Virus record (IMG/VR): IMGVR_UViG_3300045539_000055
Span: 176 to 64,175 of that record
DNA length: 64,000 nt
Direction: 5' to 3' (one strand)
Origin: a virus
Taxonomy: Duplodnaviria > Caudoviricetes
Below, one piece after another: positions 32,501 through 42,293 of this stretch. Every line of letters starts with the position of its first letter. Position 1 is the stretch's first letter. Below the pieces are notes generated by a model. The model was not told the DNA's origin, searched no databases, and saw nothing but the letters and a program-made list of their open reading frames with translations. Made by a program: the position numbers and the translations under genes.

Positions 32501-35500
32501 CAGCAATTCTTTCAGCTCGAACTATATCTGCTTGAGATTTCTCTTCTACATTAATATATTCAGTGGCATCTTGAATGTTTACTGTATTTGCAAACCTTAC
32601 TTTTTGACCGCTTATTTTAGAGCCATCTACAGCCTCTTTTATCTTAGCTGCCATATCATTATAGACTTCAATACTTTTTACGATTGATGGGTCTAATTTT
32701 CCGAATTTAGAAGCTAAATCACGTAGGTTAGCATCTTTTGTTTTATCACGAGATAAACTTCTGATTTTCTTTCTTAATTTTTGAGCATCAGTTAATTTTT
32801 GAGCATAGTCAGCATTATCATAGACCTTAGTTACATACTCAATAAATCTTCTTGTAGATTTTTCACTAAGTACATTTGTATTTCCTAATCTATTTAAAAT
32901 AGCTTGCTCTTGAATCTTGTTTATTTTGCCTGACTTTCTTAATTCTTTTACTTCTTTTATTAAGGCTTGAGTAGCTTCTTTAATAGCTTTTACAGCATAT
33001 CTACCACCCCTGTCTTGGTCTTTAAGTTGCTTGTTACGTGCAACTCTTTCGGTCATTACTATTTTTCTAATGTCTTTCAATGTTCCAAGAAGTCTTGCTA
33101 CTGATGGAGCTCTTTTCTCTTTAAGACCAAAGTCTTTACGAATCTTACGCACTATAGCCTCTCTCTGTACATCTGTGGCATCTTCATAAACTTTTGACCC
33201 CATAACATAACCCATAACATTATCATAGGTTTTCTCATCACTAACGCCTCGTTTTTTAGATTTTGCTACAATACCCTTAACTTCTTCCAACATTCTGTTG
33301 AATCCCGGAATATCAAACTCAGAAATACCTTCACTTACGTTTTGAGTAGCTTGAGCCACAAGAGTCAATGCCTCGTTTATTTGTTCAGGAGTTACATCTT
33401 GGATTTCAGATACTTGCTGTATAGCATTCTGAAGAGTGATACCTGCGTTCACTAAAGCCTTTAATGTCTTAACTATGACCTTAGCTGTAGCTATAGCCAT
33501 AACTCTTGTTACATCGTTAAGCTCATTAGGGTCTAAGTCTAATGCAGTATCTAATCTATCCAAGAACTCAGATACCTTTTGAAGATTTGTTTTATCAGTG
33601 GTATCTAAATCAAGTAGGCTGTCAATTTCATTTACCTCTTGAGCAGCTTCTCTAATATTTATTCCTTCAGGTTGTAATCCAATGTCTCCTGCATCTTCTT
33701 CGTCAAATTCACTAAATTCTTCAGCAACAAGACCAACTCTCTGAGGACCAAACATTCCTTCTTTGTAGATTTGTTCTACAATTTTTTTAGCACCTTCTTC
33801 ATCTCCTTCTTCACGTAATTTTCTTGCCTGCTCTCTTAAACCTTCTATCTTATCGTTTATTCCTGAGAAATTTACAAATGCATTTTGAGCACGAGTCTCC
33901 ATTGTCATTGCTCTTCTTGCAAGTGGAGAGTACATTCTTGCGTGTACTTGCCAAGCATTCTCTTCTCCTTTAGGTCCAAAAGAATTTCCTAACTCAGCGT
34001 GTCCATAAAAATCGTGAGTAGCACGAAACACATCATTTATTAATAATGGTTTACCGTTAACATCTTTAAATCCTGAATCTCTAAGTAAAGGGTTTTCTTC
34101 TCTTTGTTGAGCTGTAATTGGTTCATTACCAAACTCGGCTTCCGTAGATAGAATAACTAATCGCTTATTATTTCTCAAGTCATCAATCATTTCTTGAGAG
34201 TTAGCATAAGGCTCTGTGTCTTTAAACTCAAATGTATATCCCTCGTTTATTAGCTCTTGATATTGCTCAATAGTTTCTTTAGCCATAGCTGCATAAGCGG
34301 CTTTGACTGTAGGGTCATTTGGATTATTTTCCATTGCAAGAAAAGCATCCTTCAGCCTTTTTAATTTGGCTTCATCTATTTTTCTTGTTCCTGAGTATTT
34401 TGGTCTTTCAGTTCCGAAAACTCTTTTGTAATATCTATCCGCAATTGTCTTAACTGCCGAAAGCGGCTTGTTGAAGAGTCTGTTTCCTGCGACAGGTCCG
34501 GCTGTTTGCTGCTCTGTTGTTGCTTGTCCATTTTCTTGTGTTTGAGTTGTTATTTGTGTCTTTGAAGACACTTTAGGAATTTTTCTATTTAAAATAGTTA
34601 TTGCTTGTTCTTTAGTTAGGTTTACTTTTTTTGTAATACCATCTTTCGCTCTCTTGTCAGGGAATGATATACTATAAGTATCTCCTACTTTAGAGATATA
34701 AGTTTTTTCAGCAATTTGAATAGGAGTTGCAATTCCATTCACATCTGATGTAGCTTTCTCATCTATTGCAGCTATAAAATCTTCAGAAGTCTTAGGTCCT
34801 TCAACAGTTACTGTTTCTGTAGTAGCTACTTCAGGTTGTTCTAATTGAGCTTGAATCTCAGAGTATCTTTGACCATCCTCTGTAGCTAACCATTTTTGCT
34901 CTGTTATATCATCAACTTCTTCTTTAGTTCTTCCCTCAGCCATAAGAGCTTGTCTTTCTTCTCGGAAAGATTCCACTCCTTTATCCATCAAAGCGTTTGC
35001 TTCTTCCTCAAGAGTTACTCTTTGCTCAGTAGTTATTTCTTGCGGTTTCGCATTGATGATAGTTTCTTCGGTAATTCCTTCGGGTTGGGCGTTTCTTTCG
35101 ACCACTTCTTGCAATCCCAAGCCGGTTTGTTCTGTGCGTAGCACGCTTTCATCTGTTGTTTGCTCTTGAATGGCATCTTCTTCTTCGTTTAAAAGGTTAC
35201 TTAATTCATTTTCTGACAACTGAGTACTTGTCTTTTCTTCTATAATAGCTTTCAATTTAGCTCCTGTCTCTTCGTCATTTTTTACACCAAGTGCTGAACG
35301 CAAAAGTCTTCTTGCGGTCATACCCTCAGTCTTCTCAACAAATTGTTCTTTGGTATATCTTACACCATCAATCATATATTGAGCTACTCCTTTCTTAGTT
35401 GTTCCTAAAGTTTTGCTTAGGTCAACTGAAGACTCTTCAGGTGCTAATTCTTTTGTATCTGCAATAACTGCTAACTCTTCGTTTATTTCTTTTATCTTAT

Positions 35501-38396
35501 CTGAATAGATTTCTCTTCTATTTGTTGATGAAGTAAGCTCTTCTTTAGCGGACATCAACTCCATAGTCCTTGCTAAAACAGCAGGCTTAATTTTGTTTTT
35601 GTTTTCTCCTACAGACAAAGCCTCTCTTGCATCTCTTTTCAATCCTACGTTCTCTTGTATTCTTTGATTGGTATCAGCATCAATTTTACCAAGTTGGTGC
35701 ATATTGTTAGCCCAAGATGATATTCTTGAATCAGAAGCAGATTCTGTACCTACAAAACTTGCATCAGTAAGTTTGTTTGCTATTTCTATGTTTGAGTTGT
35801 TTTTAATCCCTCTGTAGGTATTAATAGCCATATTGGAACTGTTATTTCCTATACCTCCTAATGCCTCAGCAGAAATCTCTTTCCAATTAATTTCCTGACC
35901 TGAGTTCATTTGTGCGGCAAGTTCTCCCGTAGCTTCTGCTAAAGGGTCAAATACAGCACGCTCAGCTATCTGAGTACCTACTTTTCTTGTTGTACTTGCA
36001 AGTACACTTGTTGGTTTAAATACTTTACCTGCAAGACCTGCTGATAAATAATCAACTATTGCAATTGGAATACCTCTTTCAAAACCTCTTTTTCCACCTT
36101 CATCCCAAACAGTGTCATCACTAAGAGCTTCTGCAACTTGATTAGGGTCATTTACATCATAACCTCTTTCTCTCATCACATCAAGTACTGAGTTGGTATA
36201 TTCCATAGCTAAACTTGTAGCAGCCATACCTGTTCTAAAACCTTGAACACCTCCCGCAATAGCTCCTCCCGGAGTAGATACTATACCTGTCGGACCTGCA
36301 AGAAAACCTGTTGCTCCAATAGCTGCACCTGTACCGGCTCCTGCCGCTGTAGTACCCGCTACTATCTTCATCCCATAAGGTAATATTTGACTAAGACTTG
36401 TTCCTGCCATAGTCAAAGCCAATTCAAATGGATTATCTAAGAACACATCGAATCCTTCGCTAAATCCTGAGGCTTGTTGCCAACGAGACATAACTCTACT
36501 CTGTTTTCCTGATTGATTAGTTAGATTATCAACAATAATTCGAGAAGCCTCTTCTTTATCTGTTTTGCTATTTACATCTTTTATTCCTAAAGCAAAAGCT
36601 AATATCTGCTGTGCGGCATTTCCATTCTTATAGGCATCGCTTACAGAGTTAGAGAATCCTGACCAATTGTCTTCAAAATCTCCTTGTATTTGTTTATTTG
36701 CCTTGGCATCAAAATAAGTCTTAGCATCCTCGTATTTTTTTGCAGCGTAGTTTTGAGTTAATTTTAAATCTTCATAGTTTTTAACTAACTCATTTTTTAA
36801 AGCCAAATCAGCAGAGTTCTTAGGAACTACCGTAGATATTTTGTCAATAGAAACTCCAAATGAATTTAAAGATTGCACATCAATATCTTCTTTCTTTTTC
36901 TTTGCTTCTGCATTTATTTTCGCAGCTTCTTGTGCTACTACTTTTGATTTTTTATCTAAATAAAGGTCAAAGTCTTCTCTTGCTTTTTCAACTTTTCCTT
37001 CAGTAATAAATCCTGAATCAAAAACTTGACCTCGCAATGCTTCTTCTTGCTTCTTGTACTTTGCTATTAATTTGTCAGTATCTGAACGCATTTTACCATT
37101 AACCACAAGGTTAGGGTATTTTTTTGCCTCAGGACCTCCTCCATATCCTTCTTCTAAGAAGTCAACCATATCTCTAACCTTGATGTACTCATCGTATGTC
37201 TTTTTATTAGACATATAGTCAACACCACGAGCTTTGTAGAACTTATCAGCTTCTACATCGATTGGGTTTACATCTTTCCAAGAGCCTTTAGCAAAAGCCT
37301 TTGCTTCTTTATCTGTGTTGAAGTCAAAAACTTCTCCTCTTTCTCTTGCTCTTTTAATGGCTTCTTTAAATGGAAGTTCTTCCCAAGTTTTTGGGTCCGA
37401 AGAATAATTGTTTGGGTCTTTAGGAAATAAAGTAGGTATAACTTTGTATTTACCATCTTCTTCAAAAGAGGTAAACTTAACAGTAGATAAAGTTCCATCA
37501 GGATTCAATCTACCATTTTTACGAAGTTTTTGTGCTTGAACTGATTTCGTTAATAAATCTCCTGTTATAGGTGCGTTTACAGGAACAGCGTTATCGTTTA
37601 TAAAGGATTTTAATTTATTTGATTCTTCTGAATTTATTTCAGAAATGTTTTGTAAATTAATCTCTATAGACTTTTTCCCATCTAAAGTTTTGGCAATAAT
37701 CTTGTCAGTACCAAAACCGGTTTCTTCAAAGTTAATACCAAACTTAGAAAACTTAGTTCTTAATGTAACTATAGCATCTTCTTCAGTTTTTGATATAAGA
37801 TTAGCATCTATTGCATTAAGAGATTTCAAGAACTCAGGAGCTGATTTTAAGCCCTTGTTTATAGCCTTTTTTTCTTTCTGTTGATTAGCTTCTTCTACAG
37901 CCTCTATCCCTTGTCTTCTTTTGGTTTCCTTAGAGATTGCTACAGCTTCTTTGAATTTTTTCTGTTGCTCTTCAATAAATCTCTCTTGGTCTGTTTTCTT
38001 GAAGTTTACACCTTTTAAATCAGCCGCAGTAAAGGTTTTCATTTGAGGCATTGCCTCTCTTACCTCATCTCCAAAAGTTGAGGCTGTTCTTTTAGTAGGA
38101 GTAGTAGCCGATGAACCATCTTCCGAAGACGAACCCGTAGTAATTTTTTGGTCCTTTTGAGGCGTGCCTGATACCGAAAAAACTTTTTTTTTTGAAGCAA
38201 CAGCTTGCCCACTAACACCCATTAATGTTTTGTAATCGTCAATGGTTTTAGTATATCCATCATTTACAAATGCATCATAAGAATCCTTTAGTGCATTTGG
38301 ATTTGTGGCTAATAATTTTTTATATTCTTCAAGGCTTTTAGTATATCCTTGAGAAACAAATAAATCATACGAGTCTTGGATTGCTTGTTCGTTCAT
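29538..38396 (-). CDS. Giant internal virion / DNA ejection protein (polyvalent-type), 2952 aa
   Basis: Last of three helical genes after the tail module; Gly/Ala hydrophobic segment; HDFYGH-motif domain; no DxDxD RNA polymerase motif seen. Confidence 0.75.
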   Translation of the reverse strand: MNEQAIQDSYDLFVSQGYTKSLEEYKKLLATNPNALKDSYDAFVNDGYTKTIDDYKTLMGVSGQAVASKKKVFSVSGTPQKDQKITTGSSSEDGSSATTPTKRTASTFGDEVREAMPQMKTFTAADLKGVNFKKTDQERFIEEQQKKFKEAVAISKETKRRQGIEAVEEANQQKEKKAINKGLKSAPEFLKSLNAIDANLISKTEEDAIVTLRTKFSKFGINFEETGFGTDKIIAKTLDGKKSIEINLQNISEINSEESNKLKSFINDNAVPVNAPITGDLLTKSVQAQKLRKNGRLNPDGTLSTVKFTSFEEDGKYKVIPTLFPKDPNNYSSDPKTWEELPFKEAIKRARERGEVFDFNTDKEAKAFAKGSWKDVNPIDVEADKFYKARGVDYMSNKKTYDEYIKVRDMVDFLEEGYGGGPEAKKYPNLVVNGKMRSDTDKLIAKYKKQEEALRGQVFDSGFITEGKVEKAREDFDLYLDKKSKVVAQEAAKINAEAKKKKEDIDVQSLNSFGVSIDKISTVVPKNSADLALKNELVKNYEDLKLTQNYAAKKYEDAKTYFDAKANKQIQGDFEDNWSGFSNSVSDAYKNGNAAQQILAFALGIKDVNSKTDKEEASRIIVDNLTNQSGKQSRVMSRWQQASGFSEGFDVFLDNPFELALTMAGTSLSQILPYGMKIVAGTTAAGAGTGAAIGATGFLAGPTGIVSTPGGAIAGGVQGFRTGMAATSLAMEYTNSVLDVMRERGYDVNDPNQVAEALSDDTVWDEGGKRGFERGIPIAIVDYLSAGLAGKVFKPTSVLASTTRKVGTQIAERAVFDPLAEATGELAAQMNSGQEINWKEISAEALGGIGNNSSNMAINTYRGIKNNSNIEIANKLTDASFVGTESASDSRISSWANNMHQLGKIDADTNQRIQENVGLKRDAREALSVGENKNKIKPAVLARTMELMSAKEELTSSTNRREIYSDKIKEINEELAVIADTKELAPEESSVDLSKTLGTTKKGVAQYMIDGVRYTKEQFVEKTEGMTARRLLRSALGVKNDEETGAKLKAIIEEKTSTQLSENELSNLLNEEEDAIQEQTTDESVLRTEQTGLGLQEVVERNAQPEGITEETIINAKPQEITTEQRVTLEEEANALMDKGVESFREERQALMAEGRTKEEVDDITEQKWLATEDGQRYSEIQAQLEQPEVATTETVTVEGPKTSEDFIAAIDEKATSDVNGIATPIQIAEKTYISKVGDTYSISFPDKRAKDGITKKVNLTKEQAITILNRKIPKVSSKTQITTQTQENGQATTEQQTAGPVAGNRLFNKPLSAVKTIADRYYKRVFGTERPKYSGTRKIDEAKLKRLKDAFLAMENNPNDPTVKAAYAAMAKETIEQYQELINEGYTFEFKDTEPYANSQEMIDDLRNNKRLVILSTEAEFGNEPITAQQREENPLLRDSGFKDVNGKPLLINDVFRATHDFYGHAELGNSFGPKGEENAWQVHARMYSPLARRAMTMETRAQNAFVNFSGINDKIEGLREQARKLREEGDEEGAKKIVEQIYKEGMFGPQRVGLVAEEFSEFDEEDAGDIGLQPEGINIREAAQEVNEIDSLLDLDTTDKTNLQKVSEFLDRLDTALDLDPNELNDVTRVMAIATAKVIVKTLKALVNAGITLQNAIQQVSEIQDVTPEQINEALTLVAQATQNVSEGISEFDIPGFNRMLEEVKGIVAKSKKRGVSDEKTYDNVMGYVMGSKVYEDATDVQREAIVRKIRKDFGLKEKRAPSVARLLGTLKDIRKIVMTERVARNKQLKDQDRGGRYAVKAIKEATQALIKEVKELRKSGKINKIQEQAILNRLGNTNVLSEKSTRRFIEYVTKVYDNADYAQKLTDAQKLRKKIRSLSRDKTKDANLRDLASKFGKLDPSIVKSIEVYNDMAAKIKEAVDGSKISGQKVRFANTVNIQDATEYINVEEKSQADIVRAERIADLQELMGVDASTFTEAEMMALLEEDKPMTDKNEGIVRDTINTAFEIYSAMIQNSIDSGIDAFTGEDVEYTKREKEIISKFMAMDPNKMRTQNALAAVDALANFIENKSTASMDAVTSIYEGDQNAKIVLRKGIKAIQLKKYFSKQLGRTFAEQTTNLNIVFEKMFKGFNRGGVVQDLMGLTKLINKKAYAQTQSNNIINDYVKQFYNKDVRPNGQKFNTAENNTERGMAAFMLRNVIGTEQEMQIEFGRRKGLIEQSIAALRKGNEQEQKKAELYQKVYDKVIGNSADIQDIKDNTDAINLEAIDFWHKQWDNQFDRLSDVALNVYNKTLDRDLNYSPDKYVRMESAPQDVDLTNSDSAFINNTNGVLYNKKTGVLEDTTGTKNLPMNAKKDVLSYIDLSFDRNNSNSMYDALVDIETAAPIRQVQAFLNSDSFSKIVPNPEDAKLLTNRVQLYVANTRNKNPYSNDELSKAVRRLNKIATLGVGQALGGPTQILKQFVPVAMNTWVNAGTFSLTASYNSDFNNWISQSGYAIANRGIESQAEVESINKLIEEAANSNAKKAMELIEEANRKWLKTFLVRPDVAVARASFKAYYEKSLKQQGKDYKNIDYSNHPINETAANYAQRMVDRQQNVSDSDLAGSLFSSKETGKQVLTKVFMAFASFRMNQASRLGADLSTLGYWGVSTKEDKIVAARSLAGYAAEMATFRMMSAGITILTGYAAASMMGKGETDDEEDKRIDGVLKGQATSVVTDILSPLPILDKLVQTGAANFLAGVQDALDMDEEDRLALYSAKPEEFIKFLGMYGIAPDRAMQFFGMIKLWATGKYKDDFNKEHEISEKDRKALGVLLGPAFLTNIGILPPEVAGAIRGSIKMAKKKQTSRDEKLAKEDRELGKELLQGYENREDMKRYDPKLYEETFGEGSDWYENHLDQKEAKALEKAQERDAKDDINNYVPKDKKGFGSKEFGGKEFGGSKSSKGSFGSKKFGQ
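34556..34571. repeat. 16-bp palindromic repeat copy (inside ejection gene)
   Basis: GTGTCTTTGAAGACAC; encodes VSSKT. Confidence 0.9.
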
Positions 38397-38410
38397 TTTT
38401 TTTATTTTTA

Positions 38411-40252
38411 TTAGTATTGAGCTGCGTTACCTTTTCCTTTTTCTAATAGTGTCTTTTTAGTTGCGGCAGGTGTATTTGCTTCTATCCATTCTATTACGTT
38501 TCCTGCTGCTGTATCAGCATCTTCTTGCTCATCCATATCATAACCTACAGGGAATCTATATGTTTTGTCTCCTATTTGTAAAGTTACAGCATTAAATGGA
38601 TTATACTTAGAATTTTTTATAATTTCAATTCCTGTTCCTTGAATAAGTTTTCTCATTTCAGCAGCAGCTTGTGTGTCTTTCATATAAGCCATACCTACGC
38701 CTGCTGTACCATCCCCCTTAATTACAGAAACTTTATTACTAAATTCAATTACAGGGTCTTTGACAGCAGTTCTTCCGGCTTTAACACCTGCGAAGTTTTT
38801 CTGAGAAGCACCCATCTTCATATTAGGGTCTCCACCTTTATTACGTTTCATTGTCTCAGCTACGTTGTCAACACCGTGAACCTCATTACCAAGTTCATTC
38901 CATTGTCCTAATGTAATCGTGTTAGGGTCATAATCTACTGTACGGTTTTTAACCTCATCAGCATATTTGAATGTTAATTTACCCGGAACACTTGTATCAA
39001 TATCTAACAATCCTCTTGATTGAGATAATTGAGAACCAAGTATAGTTTCAATTGCGGCTTTCTTATCGGCAGGCGTTCCTGCTTTAAATACATCTCCCCA
39101 AGTTCCAAGAGCATTGTCTTTCTCTTTCTTCTCTTCTCTTGCTTTAACAGCATCTTGAGACTCTTCATCTCTTGATACAGCACCTACAGCACTTGCCTCT
39201 TCTTTGTAATCGTATTGTGCTCTCATTTGTGCTCTAATAAACTCTTGAGCATCTTTGTCTTGCTCTTTAGAGAACTGCATAGCTCCCTGACCTGTGTTAG
39301 GGTCTATAACCTCTAATACTAAGTTTGAATTAGCGGCAGCTTCTTTCGGGTCATTAGTTATATCATAAGGCTTACCATTTGGTGCTACTTTTGCGTGGTC
39401 TAAAAGTACAGATAATTTATCAAAAGGAGTACCTAATACTGCTTGAATAGCATCATTTTCTGCTGTTATAAACTTAAATAATTCTTGTTTTGTTGCAGGG
39501 TCTATATCTACTCTACTTGTAATATCTTCAACGCTTGTTATTTTACCTTGTCTTGTAATTCCTCCAAGTTTAATAGCTGTTTTCTTTTCTTCTCCTAAAT
39601 TATCTACGAAAGTTTTTATAGGAGCAACATAATCATATTTATCCCATTCCCCGATAAGCATACCATTTACCCAATCAACACTTGCTGTTTTCCCGGGAGC
39701 ATCATCCATAGTAAAAACTTTTTTACCATCAATTTCTTTTTCAGTCTTCATACCTGACATTACTTTACCGTTTGGTGCGATAAATAAACCTGCCTTATTC
39801 CAATTCCCAAATCCTTCTCCTTGTTCTCTTTTACGAGTTTCATACAAAGATGCTTTACCATCTCTATATCTCTGCATTGTATTGGCGTAATTTTCTTGGT
39901 AAACTTTAAGTGCATTGAAAGCCAAATCAGTACCATCATTAATATTTTGTCTATTAATGGTATATTCTTTTAGAGTTATTTGTCCTCTTTTTAAAAGGTT
40001 TTCTTGTATTCTAACGTAGTTTGATGCTTGGTCTGCATATTCTAATGCGGCTGTTCTCGCTCCTTTATGTTCTCCATTAGGCGATTTAGCCAACTCGTTC
40101 ATTGTCTCACGAGTAGCTTGGTCAATTGCGGCTTTCTTTTCTTCCCGAACACGGTTAGTTTCGGCAAGCATATCACTCATATTCTTACCGACCTCTGCCC
40201 AATTTACTTGCGAGTCTGCTTCCCGTTCTGCATATTTATAGTATGTTGCCAT
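38411..40252 (-). CDS. Putative ejection/internal virion protein
   Basis: Helical 613 aa; podovirus synteny. Confidence 0.6.
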   Translation of the reverse strand: MATYYKYAEREADSQVNWAEVGKNMSDMLAETNRVREEKKAAIDQATRETMNELAKSPNGEHKGARTAALEYADQASNYVRIQENLLKRGQITLKEYTINRQNINDGTDLAFNALKVYQENYANTMQRYRDGKASLYETRKREQGEGFGNWNKAGLFIAPNGKVMSGMKTEKEIDGKKVFTMDDAPGKTASVDWVNGMLIGEWDKYDYVAPIKTFVDNLGEEKKTAIKLGGITRQGKITSVEDITSRVDIDPATKQELFKFITAENDAIQAVLGTPFDKLSVLLDHAKVAPNGKPYDITNDPKEAAANSNLVLEVIDPNTGQGAMQFSKEQDKDAQEFIRAQMRAQYDYKEEASAVGAVSRDEESQDAVKAREEKKEKDNALGTWGDVFKAGTPADKKAAIETILGSQLSQSRGLLDIDTSVPGKLTFKYADEVKNRTVDYDPNTITLGQWNELGNEVHGVDNVAETMKRNKGGDPNMKMGASQKNFAGVKAGRTAVKDPVIEFSNKVSVIKGDGTAGVGMAYMKDTQAAAEMRKLIQGTGIEIIKNSKYNPFNAVTLQIGDKTYRFPVGYDMDEQEDADTAAGNVIEWIEANTPAATKKTLLEKGKGNAAQY

Positions 40253-40254
40253 TT

Positions 40255-41034
40255 TTAACGTGTTTTAGGGAATAATTGTCCATAGATGTCATTTAATTGT
40301 GATTTTGGAAGTCCTGACATATAATCAGTAAACGCATCCCCTTTAAGTCCTCCAACACTTGATAAATTACCAAACCCTGATTGCGTAGATAATCCCTGAA
40401 CTTTATTTTGAAAATCAGTCTGAGTTAATCCCGCTCCTTTAGCACCTTCTTCAATCTTTCCAAACGCTTTAGCTGAACCTGTCTTTGCAAACAATGGAAC
40501 CATAGCTAAACCTTGTTGAAGAGTTGATGATAATCCCTGAAAGCCTTCTGATGTTGATTGAGCTGCTGCTCTTTCTGCATCTGCTGCGGCTTGTTGAGCA
40601 CCCTCTACTTCTCCTAAGTCTAACTGAACACCTAAGTCTCTTAAACGACTTTGTTCTGCTATCTGTTTGTTTTCGATGTCTGTCATTTCTTGACCCATAG
40701 CTGTACGAATACCCGCTTGAGCTTCGTTCTGAGCCATTAAAACTTTACCTGCTGTGGTTACTGCTCCTCTTTCTGATTCAACTCCGGCTTGAATAGCTTG
40801 AGCCCCCGCTGAGAGCATAGCATCTCTTTGAAGTTCATAAGGCTCTTTCTTTACCGCCATTTTATCAGTAAAATTTATTTCAAGTTTTCTACGTGCCTCT
40901 GCCATTGCAGCTGCTGCTTTTGCTTCTGCTTGTCTTTGCTTAGATTTTTGCTCTCCCGCTTGTATAAATGACATAGTTGTCGTTGCTGCCGAGATTGCTA
41001 ATCCACCGACTGCTATTGCTGTTGCTACTCCCAT
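40255..41034 (-). CDS. Putative ejection (pilot) protein
   Basis: Hydrophobic Ala/Gly N-terminus and A/Q-rich coil, as in T7 gp14/P22 gp7-type proteins. Confidence 0.65.
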   Translation of the reverse strand: MGVATAIAVGGLAISAATTTMSFIQAGEQKSKQRQAEAKAAAAMAEARRKLEINFTDKMAVKKEPYELQRDAMLSAGAQAIQAGVESERGAVTTAGKVLMAQNEAQAGIRTAMGQEMTDIENKQIAEQSRLRDLGVQLDLGEVEGAQQAAADAERAAAQSTSEGFQGLSSTLQQGLAMVPLFAKTGSAKAFGKIEEGAKGAGLTQTDFQNKVQGLSTQSGFGNLSSVGGLKGDAFTDYMSGLPKSQLNDIYGQLFPKTR

Positions 41035-41035
41035 T

Positions 41036-41446
41036 TTATAGTATTTTTATCATTTCACTTGTATATCCTTCTCCTTTTGACCAACCAAGTTCTTTATAGG
41101 TTTGAACTAAACTTGGATTTTTAATCAATGCATAACCATATTTACTTCCTGTTTGCTCGCAAATATTTGTAAGCGATTCTATCAGTAATTTAATTGCTTC
41201 TGTTCTTCTACCTTTTACTCGGTATTCCTTATTAGATATAATCCAATCTACCCAAGCAACTTTTGAGTTTGTCATATAGATAAATCCTGCACAAATTGGA
41301 ATGTCTCCATCGCAAACAATTATACCACCTTTCCCATCTTCAGGTAAAAAATCCTTAGCGGGTGGTTCCCAATTCCACTGTTTCCACCATCCTACAAGGA
41401 TTTCTTCATAATCTGTGTCGTAAAGAGGTCTAATTTCTAATTCCAT
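41036..41446 (-). CDS. GNAT-fold protein
   Basis: IRPL...WW..W.W..P....LP..G..G, WIISNKEYR, Y.ELGW; occupies the T7 gp13-like position; -7 box TATCTTTG at 41454-41461. Confidence 0.65.
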   Translation of the reverse strand: MELEIRPLYDTDYEEILVGWWKQWNWEPPAKDFLPEDGKGGIIVCDGDIPICAGFIYMTNSKVAWVDWIISNKEYRVKGRRTEAIKLLIESLTNICEQTGSKYGYALIKNPSLVQTYKELGWSKGEGYTSEMIKIL

Positions 41447-41467
41447 ATTGATACAAAGATATTAAAT

Positions 41468-42280
41468 TTAAGGGAAACTTTTCATTACATTAGATTCAAC
41501 AGCAAATAATTCAACTTTACTATTATAATTGTTGGAAAGTGTAGTTGTACAATAATGTCCTAAAACTCCGTGAGATTCAGCTACAGAATTTTTAATGTAT
41601 AAGAAATATGCATTTTGTGTAGTTATCGGAACCGTTATAGCTCCCGGAACTACAGTTGTTATTGTGATTTGGTTTAAGTTATTTGGATAATCAACCGTAA
41701 CTGCTGTTACCTTTCCTGCAAGTAAAGGCGTATTAGATGGTGGATTAAAGAAATAAACTAAATCTCCAATACTAATTATGTTTCCTACAGATATTAATGG
41801 ATTAATAGAAAACTTGATGATAGTGCCTCCCGTAACTTGAAAACTTCTTCCAATTCCATTTAAACTTCTAAGTGCAAATTCTCCAATACTATTGTTTCTA
41901 ACAAATGCAAAGTAAGCCGCTTCTTTTTTCTCAAACCAAGATTGGTCAATAAATCCTGAGAATTGCAAATCAGTTTCTAAGACAGCTCCCCAAGGAGCAT
42001 CTCCTTCTATGTTAATGGTCTTAAATAGTTTATTCTCAAGAGCAGCACTATTAAATACTGTTTGAATAGATGTTGGTGTAAATGCATTTGCAGGCTGACC
42101 CAACTTAGTCCACCAAGGTTGATAAAATGTATTTCTTAAATTATTTACATTATGCTTATAAAGATTCCCACCCTTAAAGGTATAAAAATAATTGTTCATT
42201 CCAATCATCCAATCAGGATAATAAGAATAGAAAGATACCCAACCGGCAACTCCTTCGCTATATGATAATGTATAATTCAT
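41468..42280 (-). CDS. Tail stabilisation/nozzle protein, C-terminal module
   Basis: YTLSYS...GWVSFYSYYP, KLFKTINIEG, KKE, G.LG.Y...VELFAV.S; likely ATG 42280. Confidence 0.7.
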   Translation of the reverse strand: MNYTLSYSEGVAGWVSFYSYYPDWMIGMNNYFYTFKGGNLYKHNVNNLRNTFYQPWWTKLGQPANAFTPTSIQTVFNSAALENKLFKTINIEGDAPWGAVLETDLQFSGFIDQSWFEKKEAAYFAFVRNNSIGEFALRSLNGIGRSFQVTGGTIIKFSINPLISVGNIISIGDLVYFFNPPSNTPLLAGKVTAVTVDYPNNLNQITITTVVPGAITVPITTQNAYFLYIKNSVAESHGVLGHYCTTTLSNNYNSKVELFAVESNVMKSFP

Positions 42281-42293
42281 AATCTTATTAATT

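Noticed and set aside
29538-38396. crAss-like virion RNA polymerase
   Set aside because: No DxDxD catalytic motif seen, and late genes carry host-type TAnnTTTG promoters.
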